A stretch of 64,000 nt of DNA from a virus: positions 1-64,000 of the IMG/VR virus record IMGVR_UViG_3300045391_002681. The stretch is one strand, 5' to 3'. The number at the start of each line of letters is the position of its first letter. Position 1 is the first letter of the stretch. This document shows positions 43,736-54,202 of the stretch, one piece after another. Below the pieces are notes generated by a model that worked only from the letters and a program-made list of their open reading frames with translations, was not told where the DNA came from and searched no databases. A program made the position numbers and the translations under genes.

Positions 43736-44219
43736 AGTTTGGTCGCCGGTGGCTGTCTCAAGCCGCGCCTAAGCGCTCCGGCGGTGAACTTGGTTTAGGC
43801 GGCGATCAGCCCGGCGCCGATGGAGCCGGAACTGGCGGCCTGGCGGCGCTGGTGAACGCGGCGCTCGCGCTGGGCCTGGAAGTGGATCACCTGCGAGCGA
43901 TGCACCATGCCAACGGCGTCGACCTCGCCGCGCACCAGCCAGCGCGGGAACATGCGGTCGGGGGCGAAGGCGGCGGCGATGGCCGGCACGATCAGGTCGC
44001 ACCAGACGTAGCGGCTCTGGCGGATGACCGCCCGGAGCGGCGCGGCGACGATGCTGTACGAAACGGACACGATCAGCGCGCACGCGAGCGCGCCCAACAG
44101 ATAGGAGCTGAGAGCCATGGCGATGTCCTTGGAATCGAAACGGCCCCGCAATGAAGCTGGGGCCGATCTGGTCGCACTAAGCGACGGTGCCTAAAGATAC
44201 AGCTTAGCTGCCGATTTCG

Positions 44220-44666
44220 TCAAGCCCGCTTGTAACGGTGAGCCGCCAGTGGGTCGTATGGCTCTCGCTTGCTCTTCCGCTTCGGTGCTCGCGGTTGTTG
44301 TAAAGCCTCTTTGGCCGCGCGGTCCTGCTCCTCAACCCGAAACCAAAGGGCGCTATGTCCTTGCTCCACCAGTTGGGCGGCTCGCACAACAACGCGCTCG
44401 CAAGACGCGGCATCGACACTGAACCACTCGCCCATCATTCTCCTGTTTCGGATGAGCCAATGGGCCATTTGCTCGACCTGACATGCCGCACCGAAGGTCG
44501 TTGTGAGCTTGAACCTTATGTGCAGCCGAAATGGGTTCCCGTTCTGCAACTGCCCCAGCCGGTTTTCCACGTCCTTCGCGATGCCGATCTTGTGGGGGCC
44601 GTTGTCGATGCCGATGACGTAGACGAAGTGCTCGGCGTCAAGCGCGGGATCGCGTTGGTAGACCAT
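44220..44666 (-). CDS. GIY-YIG (T5orf172/MUG113-like) protein
   Basis: FVYVIG...KIGIA...RLGQLQNGNP...GEWF. Confidence 0.85.
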   Translation of the reverse strand: MVYQRDPALDAEHFVYVIGIDNGPHKIGIAKDVENRLGQLQNGNPFRLHIRFKLTTTFGAACQVEQMAHWLIRNRRMMGEWFSVDAASCERVVVRAAQLVEQGHSALWFRVEEQDRAAKEALQQPRAPKRKSKREPYDPLAAHRYKRA

Positions 44667-45349
44667 CAGTGCAAGCCCCAATGGTCAGCGCACACGTCGA
44701 GGGCTATCCGCAGGGCATCGCCGTTGAGCTTGCGATCTTGGCTCTTCGCCGTTGAGATGTTGCTGATCGTGCGCCCTTCTCCCGCGATGCGGCGGAGGGT
44801 GTTCAGCAACCGACCGTTTCCGGCCGCCTGCACCTTCGCCTCGAGCCGGTTCCTGGCCTGGATCTTCTGGCCCACGTCCTCCAGCTTGCGCTTATCCTCT
44901 GAGCCTGAAATCGAGCGGTCGAGGTTCGACTTGATCGAGCGTTCGGTGGCCTCGTAGAGGTCGCGGTAGCGGAGCCCGGCGACGTACTGCAGCGGCGTGA
45001 TGGCGTTGGCCTGCAGCAGCGATTCCAGCCCATCTCGGGTCAGGATGCGTCGGCGCCCGGACTTGGCGGTTTCCACCACTTCCTTGGCCTCGGGATCGCG
45101 GGCCCGTTCCAGCACCTCCAACTCGGCGAAGCGCAGCGCCAGGGCGTCATGCTCCTCGCCCAACCGCCTACCCTCCTCCATCGCCCGCAGTTCGTCCCTG
45201 GCCGCTTCCTTCCGATGCTTGGACACGGTCGGGTCCGCCACGCGCCGCAACAGCTTCTCGACGCGCTGGAGCTGATGCGCCGGCCATCCTCGTTCTCCTT
45301 CCGGCAACTGGATGAGCACCGATACCCTCGGCTTGGTCTCGGCGTTCAT
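44666..45349 (-). CDS. Probable late transcription regulator (Q-position)
   Basis: LESLL...ITPLQY.AG.RYR...LRIALD motif; end of the early-right operon. Confidence 0.55.
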   Translation of the reverse strand: MNAETKPRVSVLIQLPEGERGWPAHQLQRVEKLLRRVADPTVSKHRKEAARDELRAMEEGRRLGEEHDALALRFAELEVLERARDPEAKEVVETAKSGRRRILTRDGLESLLQANAITPLQYVAGLRYRDLYEATERSIKSNLDRSISGSEDKRKLEDVGQKIQARNRLEAKVQAAGNGRLLNTLRRIAGEGRTISNISTAKSQDRKLNGDALRIALDVCADHWGLH

Positions 45350-45386
45350 GCGGCGCTCCTCGACTTGGTGGTTGGATCGGCGATGG

Positions 45387-46046
45387 TCACGGCCACCTCT
45401 TGTCGGTCTCGCCGAACTCGAAGCGCGCCGAGCGCGAGGCGTCGTAAGCCTTCTGGAAGGCTTGGCTGATCACCGGTCGCCAATGGCCGTCTGTGCTGGG
45501 ATAGGAGTCGGCTTCGTGGATGTGGCCAAGCCAGCCCTGCCGGTTTGGCGGAAACTGCTCGCCGGTCTCCGGGTCCACCACAGGCTTGGCAGACGGAAAC
45601 GAGAGGCAAAGGCCGCCGCGCTGGGAACAGCTCGAGAAATAACCGAGGCCGTCTTCGCGCTGCCGGAACTGATGGTACGGGTAGTCCTCAGTATCTCTGA
45701 AAAGCAGCAGTTGCGGAGTAGAGTCCGGCGCGCCGACGGCAAGGAAGACCAACTCGTGAGAGGCACACGCAAGCTCCCAGCACTTTCTCTTTTCGTCATC
45801 GGTAGGCGACTGACCTTTAACCTCAAGCCAATAGTTGCGATTGAAGTCGGGATTGTCATCTTCCCACAGTTTGATCTGGTCGAAAGTAGAGAACCTGAAG
45901 TCTGGAAGATATGGTCCGGACGGAAGAACAATCCCCTCCGGTTCATACTCGAACTTGAGTTCGAGGGCGTCGAAGAACACCGCCCAGCGCGCCTCGGTGC
46001 GTGACCGAAAGCGATAGCCCTTCCACTTAGTCTCGATGGGCTTCAC
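45387..46046 (-). CDS. PD-(D/E)XK nuclease
   Basis: FRSRTEARWA...YEPEG...YLPDF...EVK. Confidence 0.8.
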   Translation of the reverse strand: MKPIETKWKGYRFRSRTEARWAVFFDALELKFEYEPEGIVLPSGPYLPDFRFSTFDQIKLWEDDNPDFNRNYWLEVKGQSPTDDEKRKCWELACASHELVFLAVGAPDSTPQLLLFRDTEDYPYHQFRQREDGLGYFSSCSQRGGLCLSFPSAKPVVDPETGEQFPPNRQGWLGHIHEADSYPSTDGHWRPVISQAFQKAYDASRSARFEFGETDKRWP

Positions 46047-47071
46047 GCGCTTTTCCTCTCTGGCTGATCATTGACGACAATGTGCACGCCGACGGCGCGC
46101 AACGCTGCGCCGACTTTGGCCTCCAGCGTTTTGGCCATGAAGGAATTCGGCGCGATTACCTGCCGCCGACCAGCGTCCCACCCGCAGGGGTCGAGATAGC
46201 CCAGGGCAACGCGCTCGCCATCAGCACCTGAGGCGACAACCGCGCGCCTTATCTCAGCAGGTCCAGTGAACTCTGGAACGGCCGCTGCGGCCTGCACGGG
46301 AGCGCCTCCGTAGAAGCCCTCCAATAGCCTGCGCCATGACTTCGGCTGGCAGACGAAGTCGATGTCAGCTTTCCAGCCGCGGTCGTTTTGACCACGGCAG
46401 TGATCGCTGCGTTCGACAGCGGCCAGGGCCTGGCGCCAGGCATCCATTCCGCCTTCCGAGAGGCGGGCATGTATCGCGGCCTTCCGTGACCTGTCGATGG
46501 TCCTGGCCTGAGGGAGGCCAAGCCTAGCAGCCAACGCGTTCCACTCGTCTACGGCGATGCGGACTGCGTCGTTCGGCTTGCCGGCGACAAAGGATGCGTC
46601 AGCATCCTTATCTTCTGGTGTAGGTGAAGGTCGCGCGACCAACGCGGGTGTTTCACTCTGGGTACCCCGCTGGGTATCCTGGAGAAAACCTGCTGGGTTA
46701 TTTGGGGGATTGCCGTCGGGTTTGTTTCCGCTTGGCTCTTGGCTGCGTGGGCGCCCTCCCTTTCGACCGTTGGCGCGGCTTGTCTCGGCCATGCGCGCGG
46801 CCTTCTCATACTCCTCAAGCACCCGCCCATGCACTAGCCACTCACCCTCGACCGAGAAGAACGGAAGTAGCTTCGGGGCAAGCTTACGCCACTCGGACGT
46901 GCTTGCTTTCACGATGGCGGCGAGTTCAGACTCGTCATTCGGGAGCCGCCCTCCGCCATCCCAGCAGGCTAGCAGAAGCAGGAAATATCCGCCGTGCTGG
47001 TCCCGCGTCAGACGCATGGTCTTACGCAGGTAGTCCGCAGGGTAAAACGGCATCCAGGCGTCGGCTTTCAC
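46043..47071 (-). CDS. Replication initiator (DUF1376-like)
   Basis: WMPFYPADYL...HGGYFLLL...NGRKGGRP; upstream of it lies dnaB. Confidence 0.85.
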   Translation of the reverse strand: MKADAWMPFYPADYLRKTMRLTRDQHGGYFLLLLACWDGGGRLPNDESELAAIVKASTSEWRKLAPKLLPFFSVEGEWLVHGRVLEEYEKAARMAETSRANGRKGGRPRSQEPSGNKPDGNPPNNPAGFLQDTQRGTQSETPALVARPSPTPEDKDADASFVAGKPNDAVRIAVDEWNALAARLGLPQARTIDRSRKAAIHARLSEGGMDAWRQALAAVERSDHCRGQNDRGWKADIDFVCQPKSWRRLLEGFYGGAPVQAAAAVPEFTGPAEIRRAVVASGADGERVALGYLDPCGWDAGRRQVIAPNSFMAKTLEAKVGAALRAVGVHIVVNDQPERKSA

Positions 47072-48513
47072 TCGCGCCCTCCCCGCGGTTCGCTGAAGTC
47101 CACGACCTGGCCGCCGAACCGGTTCTCGCGGGCGAGGTTGCCGAACTTGGTCAGGTCGGAGTTGAAGGCCAGCTTCACGGTGCCGATCGGGCCGTGGCGC
47201 TGCTTGCCGATGATCACCTCGGCAAGGCCCTGGACCTTGGACATGTCATCGCACCACTTCAGGTGCTCGGCGGTGCCCTCGCGGGGCTCCGACCGGCCGA
47301 GGTAGTATTCCTCCCGGTAGACGAACCACACCATGTCGGCGTCCTGCTCGATCGAGCCGGATTCGCGCAGGTCGCTGAGCTGCGGACGCTTGTCCTCGCG
47401 GCTCTCGACCTGGCGGCTGAGCTGCGACAGGGCCAGGACCGGAACGCCGAGTTCCTTCGCCAGGGCCTTGAGCCCCTGGGTGATCATCGACACCTCTTGC
47501 ACGCGGTTGTCGAAGTGGCCGCCCCCGGTGACCAGCTGCAGGTAGTCGACCACCACCAGGCCGAGGCCGAGCTTGCGGTGCAGGCGTCGGGCGCGGGCGC
47601 AGAGCTTGGCTAGCGGAAGGCCGCCGGTGGCGTCGATGTGCAGGGGCGTCCGGCGGATTTCGTCGCGCGCCTCTCGGAGCCGGCCGAACTCCATGGCGTC
47701 GATCTGGCCTTTTCGGGTGCGGTCCGAAGGCACGCCCGAGACTTCGGCTAGGATGCGCCCCGCCAGTTGCTCCTCGGACATCTCCAGCGAGTAGAGGGCG
47801 ACGTGCTCGCCTTTCCTAGCGGCGTGGAAGGCAATGTTCGTGGCGAGGGCCGATTTGCCCATTGAGGGCCTGCCGGCCAGGATAATCAGGTCGGACGGGT
47901 GTAGGCCCCCCAGCATAGCGTCCAGGTCGATAAGGCCGGTGGATAGGCCCGCGACCTCCCCTCGCCTGTCATAGGCCGCCGCAGCCATGTCCATGGCCTT
48001 ATCCAGCGCTTCGCCGAACTCGACGAAACCGCCGCCGGCCGGGCCGCGCTCGGAGAGGGCGAACAGTTGTTGCTCAGCGGCGCCAAGGTGGTCCCACCCG
48101 GGAATGGTGCGGTCCCGCGCGGACGCAGCGATCTCGCCGGCCGCTGCGATCAACTGTCGGCGCACATAGTGGTCGATGATGGTCTCGGCGTGGGCCTTGG
48201 CCATGAACACGGGCGGGGCATTCTGGATCAGGTCGGCGAGGTAGACCTTGCCGCCGAGCTCGGTCAGTGCGGCATCGTCCTTGAGACGGTCGTGCAGCCA
48301 GATCGGGTCAACCGCTATGCCGATCGACATCCGCTCGGCGAACACCTGCCAGATGCGGCCATGGATCGGCTCGGCGAAGTGTTTCGGCTCCAGGGCCCCG
48401 ACTTCGTGGAACGCGTCGTTCGTGTAGAGGGCGCAGCCGATCAGCGCCTGCTCGGCCTCCAGGCTGCTCGGCAGTTGGTCCAGCTTGTCGGCGACGAGGG
48501 TCAGCAGGCTCAC
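47068..48513 (-). CDS. dnaB: Replicative DNA helicase
   Basis: AGRPSMGKS, VVDYLQL, LSQLSR, DLRESGSIEQDAD, KQRHGP. Confidence 0.96.
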   Translation of the reverse strand: MSLLTLVADKLDQLPSSLEAEQALIGCALYTNDAFHEVGALEPKHFAEPIHGRIWQVFAERMSIGIAVDPIWLHDRLKDDAALTELGGKVYLADLIQNAPPVFMAKAHAETIIDHYVRRQLIAAAGEIAASARDRTIPGWDHLGAAEQQLFALSERGPAGGGFVEFGEALDKAMDMAAAAYDRRGEVAGLSTGLIDLDAMLGGLHPSDLIILAGRPSMGKSALATNIAFHAARKGEHVALYSLEMSEEQLAGRILAEVSGVPSDRTRKGQIDAMEFGRLREARDEIRRTPLHIDATGGLPLAKLCARARRLHRKLGLGLVVVDYLQLVTGGGHFDNRVQEVSMITQGLKALAKELGVPVLALSQLSRQVESREDKRPQLSDLRESGSIEQDADMVWFVYREEYYLGRSEPREGTAEHLKWCDDMSKVQGLAEVIIGKQRHGPIGTVKLAFNSDLTKFGNLARENRFGGQVVDFSEPRGGRE

Positions 48514-48751
48514 CGATTGCCCTCCCTGCGCTCGCTGGCGGCCAGATCGGCGATCGCCTCCGCAGCCATCAGCGCCGCTTCTCCCGGGCTCGTATGGCCG
48601 GCGTAGAGGTTGATGGCGGCGATCAGCAGATGACGGGAGGACGTCGTGCGCGTGGCCGGATCGCGGCTGTACCGTCGCGCCATCGAGGAGACGATGCGGA
48701 ACATCCCCTCCCCCGCCTTCTCTTCATTGGAGGGGTTTAAGTTTAGGGAGG

Positions 48752-49522
48752 TCATGCGGCATCGCCTCCGAACATCTTGGTCTGGATGGGCTTGGGCATG
48801 GGCTCGTCGAATAGGCGGGGCTGCTTGTTGGCGGCCTCGATGCGACGGCAGGCGAGGTCAAACCAACGCTCGTTCTGCTCAATGCCGATGAACTTCCGGC
48901 CGAGGTTGACGGCGGCCACTCCGGTCGTGCCCGAGCCCATGAACGGGTCGCAGATGGTTTCGCCCGGGCGCGTGAAGTCGCCCAGGATCTCCATCATCAG
49001 CGGGACCGGCTTCTCGGTAGGGTGCTCGCCCTGGCGACCAGTATTTACGCAGTGGACGTAGACGCCGCGCTTGCCGCCGGCGTTCCAGCGGCGGTATCCG
49101 GGCCCGCACCATGCCGTAACGAAGCACTCAGCGCCGCGCGCGGGGCCTTGGCCGTTGAATCGCGGGCTAGCGTCTGGCTTGACCCAAAAACAGGTCGTGT
49201 CCCACTTCGCGCCAACTGTTTGCAGGTCGTCACGCCACGCGCGGACGCCTTCAGCGAGGGTGAAAAGGATAGCCCAGCCGGACGAAATTTGGCGCACTCT
49301 CGCCGCGATTTCTGCGCGCTGCGCGTTGATCCCCGCGAACCCAAGATCCCCGTGCATCGCGCGACCATCTGCGCGAGTGATCCGCTGCTCTTTAGCCCCC
49401 GCGTGTAATTCGTCCTCATAGGGCGGATCGCTGATGACGTGGTCGACCTCGAGCGAGCCCATTAGCTCGCGGCAGTCGCCATGTAGGAGGCGGCATTCCC
49501 CGATGATTTCCTCTCGCGCCAT
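48752..49522 (-). CDS. N6-adenine/N4-cytosine DNA methyltransferase (beta class)
   Basis: DPPY, HPTEKP, DPFMGSGTTG. Confidence 0.9.
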   Translation of the reverse strand: MAREEIIGECRLLHGDCRELMGSLEVDHVISDPPYEDELHAGAKEQRITRADGRAMHGDLGFAGINAQRAEIAARVRQISSGWAILFTLAEGVRAWRDDLQTVGAKWDTTCFWVKPDASPRFNGQGPARGAECFVTAWCGPGYRRWNAGGKRGVYVHCVNTGRQGEHPTEKPVPLMMEILGDFTRPGETICDPFMGSGTTGVAAVNLGRKFIGIEQNERWFDLACRRIEAANKQPRLFDEPMPKPIQTKMFGGDAA

Positions 49523-50848
49523 CTACGCCACCCTCACATCGGTGGAGAGGAGGGAGTCGACCGCTTCGATCCGGCGTCCGATCCAGGCCATCACGGGGAC
49601 GGCCATCGAGTTGCCGAGCGCCCTGTAGCGAGGGCCGTCAGGGGCCATGCCGTTGCGCCAGGAGATCAGGGTGTAGTCGTCGGGGAATCCTTGGAGGCGT
49701 TCGCACTCGCGGGGCGTCAGGCGACGGACGGCGCTCGTTTGGACAATGCTGCCCACCTCGTTAGAGCCTGGCCGAGTGTGGCTACGAACCGTACCGGCAA
49801 TGTAATCACGGCTCGAGCCACCGGAGGCGCTGCGGAGCGCGCCGATCTGGTCACCACCCACTTCCGGAATGGCGCCGCCATCACGGCCGCGAAGGGCGAA
49901 GGCGATGGCTGGGGGAGCCCCCGCGTTGGCGTGCGAACCGTCATGACCTCCTGCCCGAAGCGTGGGGGCAAGATCAGCCTCGGCATCGGCGCCGTGGTCC
50001 TTGGAGGAGAAGCAGATTGCCGGCGCATGGGCCCCTCGCGCCAGCGGGTGGCACGGGTCGCCTGGCCTCGGGTCACTCCTGTTTAGGGCGCTCGTCACCT
50101 GAGTGGTATCGAACGCGATCAGTAGCCCACTCTCGGCGTCTTGTTGTGTCGCCGAGCCGGCAGCCTTTCCGTTGGCGCCCAGCGTTCCGGCGACTAGGGG
50201 CGTGCCTCTGCCCGTTCCGTCTTCGGACGCATCGAAGCCGCCAGCTCTAAGGCTGTGCGCAACGTCTGCGGGAGTTCCTTCCCCCGCTTCGCGGCGCGGC
50301 GAAGGATACCCCGACAGGCCGTGGCGCTCAAAAAGAACCGCTGCGGCACGTCGCCAGTCTCCAGCGTGTCCGACAACGAACACACGGCGGCGACGCTGGG
50401 CCACTCCGAAGAACTGAGCGTCAAGCACTCGGTACGCGAACCCATACCCGAGTTCGACCATGCCCCCGAGAATGGCTCCAAAGTCCCGTCCTCCGTTCGA
50501 CGACAGGACGCCGGGGACGTTCTCCCAAACCAGCCATCGGGGCCGCAGGCGGTCAGCCAGCCTAAGATATTCGAGGGCCAGGTTACCGCGCTCATCGTCC
50601 AGTCCGCCTCGGAGACCCGCGACGCTGAAAGACTGGCAAGGTGTTCCTCCGACCAGAAGGTCGATTGTGTCGTATTCGCCGGCTTGGATCGTCGTGAAAT
50701 CGCCATGCAGCGGCGTCTCCGGGTAGTGGTGCTTGAGCACCGCGCGGGGGAAGGGTTCGATCTCGGCGAGGAACGACGCGCGCCAGCCGAGCGGATGCCA
50801 GGCGCAGGAGGCGGCCTCGATGCCGGAACAGACGGAGCCGTACTTCAC
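49523..50848 (-). CDS. C5-cytosine DNA methyltransferase
   Basis: CSGI, GGTPCQSFS, ENVPG, QRRRR, RLQGFPD, GNS. Confidence 0.93.
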   Translation of the reverse strand: MKYGSVCSGIEAASCAWHPLGWRASFLAEIEPFPRAVLKHHYPETPLHGDFTTIQAGEYDTIDLLVGGTPCQSFSVAGLRGGLDDERGNLALEYLRLADRLRPRWLVWENVPGVLSSNGGRDFGAILGGMVELGYGFAYRVLDAQFFGVAQRRRRVFVVGHAGDWRRAAAVLFERHGLSGYPSPRREAGEGTPADVAHSLRAGGFDASEDGTGRGTPLVAGTLGANGKAAGSATQQDAESGLLIAFDTTQVTSALNRSDPRPGDPCHPLARGAHAPAICFSSKDHGADAEADLAPTLRAGGHDGSHANAGAPPAIAFALRGRDGGAIPEVGGDQIGALRSASGGSSRDYIAGTVRSHTRPGSNEVGSIVQTSAVRRLTPRECERLQGFPDDYTLISWRNGMAPDGPRYRALGNSMAVPVMAWIGRRIEAVDSLLSTDVRVA

Positions 50849-51122
50849 GCCGCATCCCTCCCGCCGAACACCGCTTCCGCCCGCTCCCGAGGGGTCAGGA
50901 GGGCGACTGCAGGCATTGCCTTTTCTTGGTGGCCGAGGGCTTCGCAGACCCGCTGGCGGAGCTTCTGCAGCGCCTTCATGCGCAGATCGGCTGGAATGCC
51001 TTCCACCACGTTCATGGCGTCGGAGACGGCGTCGTCGATCACTTCGGCGCGGACGGAGTCGAGGGCGCTCTGCATGTGCTGCTCGAGCGACGTGCGCCGG
51101 GTGAGGGAGCGCTTTTCGACGA

Positions 51123-51800
51123 TCACGCCGCTCTCCCGAAATCTAGCGGCTTGGGCTCGCCCTCGTCTTCGCGCGGCTCACGCCGGGCGCTGTCCTTCAC
51201 AGCCGATGGCGGACGGGGCGGTGCGGGCCGGTATGCGGCCTGAGCGTGGGGCCGGCAGTACGGGAAGCCCGGAAGCTTCTTGGCGGCGCAGAACAGGAAA
51301 CCGCCCGCATCCTCGCCCGTCGCCCAGGCGCAGCAGTTGCCCTTGAACGCGGGGTCCCACATGCGGACGTTGAGGGAGTCCGCCGTCGGGCCTGTGGTGA
51401 TGGGGCTGCGCGGCGGGGTGGGCTTGCCGCTGTTCACGCATCCGGCGCCATGCTGGAACGCGCGGGCGTGGTTGGACGGTGACCGTGTGGGTCCCGACCG
51501 CTTCACCGCGATCTTGACGCCGAGGTGATAGGCCTTGTCGTAGACCGCGCCGCGCTTGCATTCGAGCTCGATGGCGATCTCGTCGGCGTACCGCCCATCG
51601 GCGATCAGGGCCAGCAAGCGCTCGACTTTCTCGGGCCGCCAGAAGTTGCTCTCCAGCCTGAGGCCGATCTTGTTGGCTTTGCCAGACACAGCGTTGCGGG
51701 TGCAGCCGATCACCGCCGCGATCTGGGATGCGGTCTTCTTCTCGGCGACCAAGCGGCGCAACAGGGCGAGGCGTTCTTCGGTCCAGTTGATCCTAGGCAT
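51123..51800 (-). CDS. gcrA: GcrA-like regulator with duplicated N-terminal HTH
   Basis: WTEER...TASQIA...TRNAVSGK; CCAW...FC...PYCRPH. Confidence 0.8.
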   Translation of the reverse strand: MPRINWTEERLALLRRLVAEKKTASQIAAVIGCTRNAVSGKANKIGLRLESNFWRPEKVERLLALIADGRYADEIAIELECKRGAVYDKAYHLGVKIAVKRSGPTRSPSNHARAFQHGAGCVNSGKPTPPRSPITTGPTADSLNVRMWDPAFKGNCCAWATGEDAGGFLFCAAKKLPGFPYCRPHAQAAYRPAPPRPPSAVKDSARREPREDEGEPKPLDFGRAA

Positions 51801-52173
51801 TGTGGCCTCCGTTGAGGGGACGGATTGTGCAGGTGACGCCGGCGCCCTCGGCCTTGATCCAGGCCATGTGCAGGACGCAGCAGTTGCAGTCGTCGGAGAC
51901 GATGCCGACGTGCTGGAGGAAATCGGAGGTGGCCTTTTCGAGGTTGGCCAGGTCGCGCCGACGCTTGTCCGGCGCGGTCGCCAGGATGGTCAATTCGTAA
52001 GGACCCTCGACCTGACGGCAGGCGCCGCCGGCGGCTTGCGCGAGATAGCCTGCGCGGTTCAGGTCGATCCATTCCCGGTATTCGCGGGACTTGATCGGAC
52101 GGGCGCCGACGTAGCGCCAGAGCCGATTGTTGGACGGCGGATAGGTCAAGGTGATGGTGAGAGGACCCTTCAT
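51793..52173 (-). CDS. rusA: RusA Holliday junction resolvase
   Basis: YPPSNN, PDKRRRDLANLEK...D...DD. Confidence 0.85.
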   Translation of the reverse strand: MKGPLTITLTYPPSNNRLWRYVGARPIKSREYREWIDLNRAGYLAQAAGGACRQVEGPYELTILATAPDKRRRDLANLEKATSDFLQHVGIVSDDCNCCVLHMAWIKAEGAGVTCTIRPLNGGHNA

Positions 52174-52368
52174 GCGCGAGCCCTCAGCCGGGCCGTCATC
52201 GCATCCCTGAGCGCAGGCCACGCTTCGTGCTGGGCGCGGGTATCGCCGCGGCGGCAGGCGCTCTGGTAGCGTTCGTAGGCGGCCGGGAAATCTCCGTGGC
52301 TACGCTCAGGTTTTGCGCGCTGAAACAGCCAAGCGAACATGGCTCTTGCCCCCTGCTGATGTTGATGG

Positions 52369-52959
52369 CTACGCGGCGTCGGCCAGCGCTTTGGGAAGGT
52401 CGTCCTTCTCAAGCGTCTTCTTGAAACCGACGTTGGCGGCTACGTGGAAGACGATCACGCCCTCGGGCTTCATGAAGCCGGGCGCGGCGGCCGAACCGCT
52501 GACGCGAAGGACGTCGAGCACCTCGTCCACGGCGACGGTGTCCATCGGGCCGCGGTAGAGTGTCGGGACGACGTGACAGCAGGCGGGACGCTCATCGCCC
52601 CAGCGCGAGACGTTGAAGAGGCTGAAACGCTTCTCGGAGAGCCCATAGCGGCGCTGGATGCCGGCGCCCCACCACTCGCCGAAATGCTGGCCTTCGCCGA
52701 GCCTCGCGAGCGCGTCGGCGTGATCGTGAACCCAGGCGGCGAAGCCGAAGTTGTCGTCAGCGGGCGTGATCCACCGCGACCGCGATCCGGCATAGATCAG
52801 GAGGTCGCCACGCACGGCCACGATAGGCGAGCGCGTCGGCATTTCCTCATCGTCCAGCAAGCGGCGGATGAAGACCTGTGCGTTTGTACCGTCGATCTTC
52901 TCGGTGACGATGACTTCGCGTGACAGGCGCGCGATCTTCGGAAAGGACAAGAAGTCCAT
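52369..52959 (-). CDS. Rnl2-like RNA ligase (nucleotidyltransferase domain only)
   Basis: EKIDGTNA (KxDG), GEW, FSLF, PEGVIV, FKK. Confidence 0.75.
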   Translation of the reverse strand: MDFLSFPKIARLSREVIVTEKIDGTNAQVFIRRLLDDEEMPTRSPIVAVRGDLLIYAGSRSRWITPADDNFGFAAWVHDHADALARLGEGQHFGEWWGAGIQRRYGLSEKRFSLFNVSRWGDERPACCHVVPTLYRGPMDTVAVDEVLDVLRVSGSAAAPGFMKPEGVIVFHVAANVGFKKTLEKDDLPKALADAA

Positions 52960-53010
52960 CTCAGCCCCCAGAAATACCCCGACCGGCCCACGGCGCCGGA
53001 CTGCCGTAGG

Positions 53011-53529
53011 TCAGCCGCCGGTCTTCCGGAGGCGTTTGTCTCGATGAAGCTCTAGAGTTTCGCCCGGCGCTCCAGCGCCCAGACTTGAAGTTTCTGTCCC
53101 GACCGGCCCCAGCGCTCCAGCACCGATCCGAGCCACTCCACTGCCGTCAGGAACGCAAGCACGCAAAGTCGCCAGACGGCGTTCGGCGGCTTCCCATTCG
53201 GCTTTTGCACGCGCGGCCTCCCTGGCTCTGTGGTCGAGATATTCCTCCAGCTTGAGGCCGGTGACGATAGCGGCCACTTCAAGCGAGAGCTCGAAGCCCT
53301 CGACAGGGTTCCGCTTCAGGATGTGGTCAATGGTCGGTTGGGTGATCGAGGCATAGACGAGTCCCCTCGCCTGCCCCTCGGTCAGGTCAAAATAGGCCTG
53401 CGCCGCCTTGACGATGTTCTGCCCATAGAACTTGCGCCGGGCGATCTGCGCCCACGCGTTCTTGGTGGTCAGGTCCGGTGAAGATTTCCGGATGAATTCG
53501 GATGAGATTTTCAAAGCCGCGGCCCTCAT
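53011..53529 (-). CDS. Hypothetical, possibly CII-position regulator
   Basis: Position downstream of cro; HTH-like FDLTEGQARGLV. Confidence 0.4.
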   Translation of the reverse strand: MRAAALKISSEFIRKSSPDLTTKNAWAQIARRKFYGQNIVKAAQAYFDLTEGQARGLVYASITQPTIDHILKRNPVEGFELSLEVAAIVTGLKLEEYLDHRAREAARAKAEWEAAERRLATLRACVPDGSGVARIGAGALGPVGTETSSLGAGAPGETLELHRDKRLRKTGG

Positions 53530-53842
53530 GGTTTGACCCACGAGGTGACCAGCGGAGCGGGAGCGCGGAGGTGGACGACCGGATAGCCGACCCTTGGTTC
53601 TGTCAGATGATGCAGCACGCGACCGTCGCCGGCGCGTGCACACTGTGGGCTCGGCGAGAGCCCCGGGCCGCTGCGGGTCTGAACCGCATGCGGGAACGGC
53701 AAAGCGCTTTGGCGAGCGCGATGCTGATGGAGAGAATGTTGGACGCCCACGGCCCCAGGAAGGGAAAGACCGTGGGCGCCCACACGTCCGCGCTGGGGCT
53801 GGGAGGGCTGGCTGGCGGGGACGTGAAGGGGTGAGGCCTGGA

Positions 53843-54202
53843 TCACGCGATCGCCCCTTCAAGCAGGTCTACCAAGTCGGCCTGGGGGAGCTTCAGGCGC
53901 CGCGTCCGAGCGGCGTTTTTCGCGTGATGCGGGGCGTCGTAGACGAGATGGCAGCGCTGGCACCAAGCCTTGAGGTTCGGCCTATTGCCCGGCTCGCCGC
54001 AGTTCTCCGGTGTGTGGTCGAGATGGGCGACCGTCAGCACCACCTTGGACCCGGTGACCGGATGGGGCGCCGCATTCTCGGCTCGGCAATCAGGAAAGCG
54101 GGGCGATCCCTCGCAGCGCCACCCGGCGCGCTCGCGCACTTCCAGGCTGATAGCCTTCCAGTCCTTCGGGTAGCGCGCCTTCTCTTCCGGACGGATAGGC
54201 AT
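53843..54202 (-). CDS. HNH-like protein
   Basis: LTVAHLDH...NLKAWCQRCH. Confidence 0.75.
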   Translation of the reverse strand: MPIRPEEKARYPKDWKAISLEVRERAGWRCEGSPRFPDCRAENAAPHPVTGSKVVLTVAHLDHTPENCGEPGNRPNLKAWCQRCHLVYDAPHHAKNAARTRRLKLPQADLVDLLEGAIA

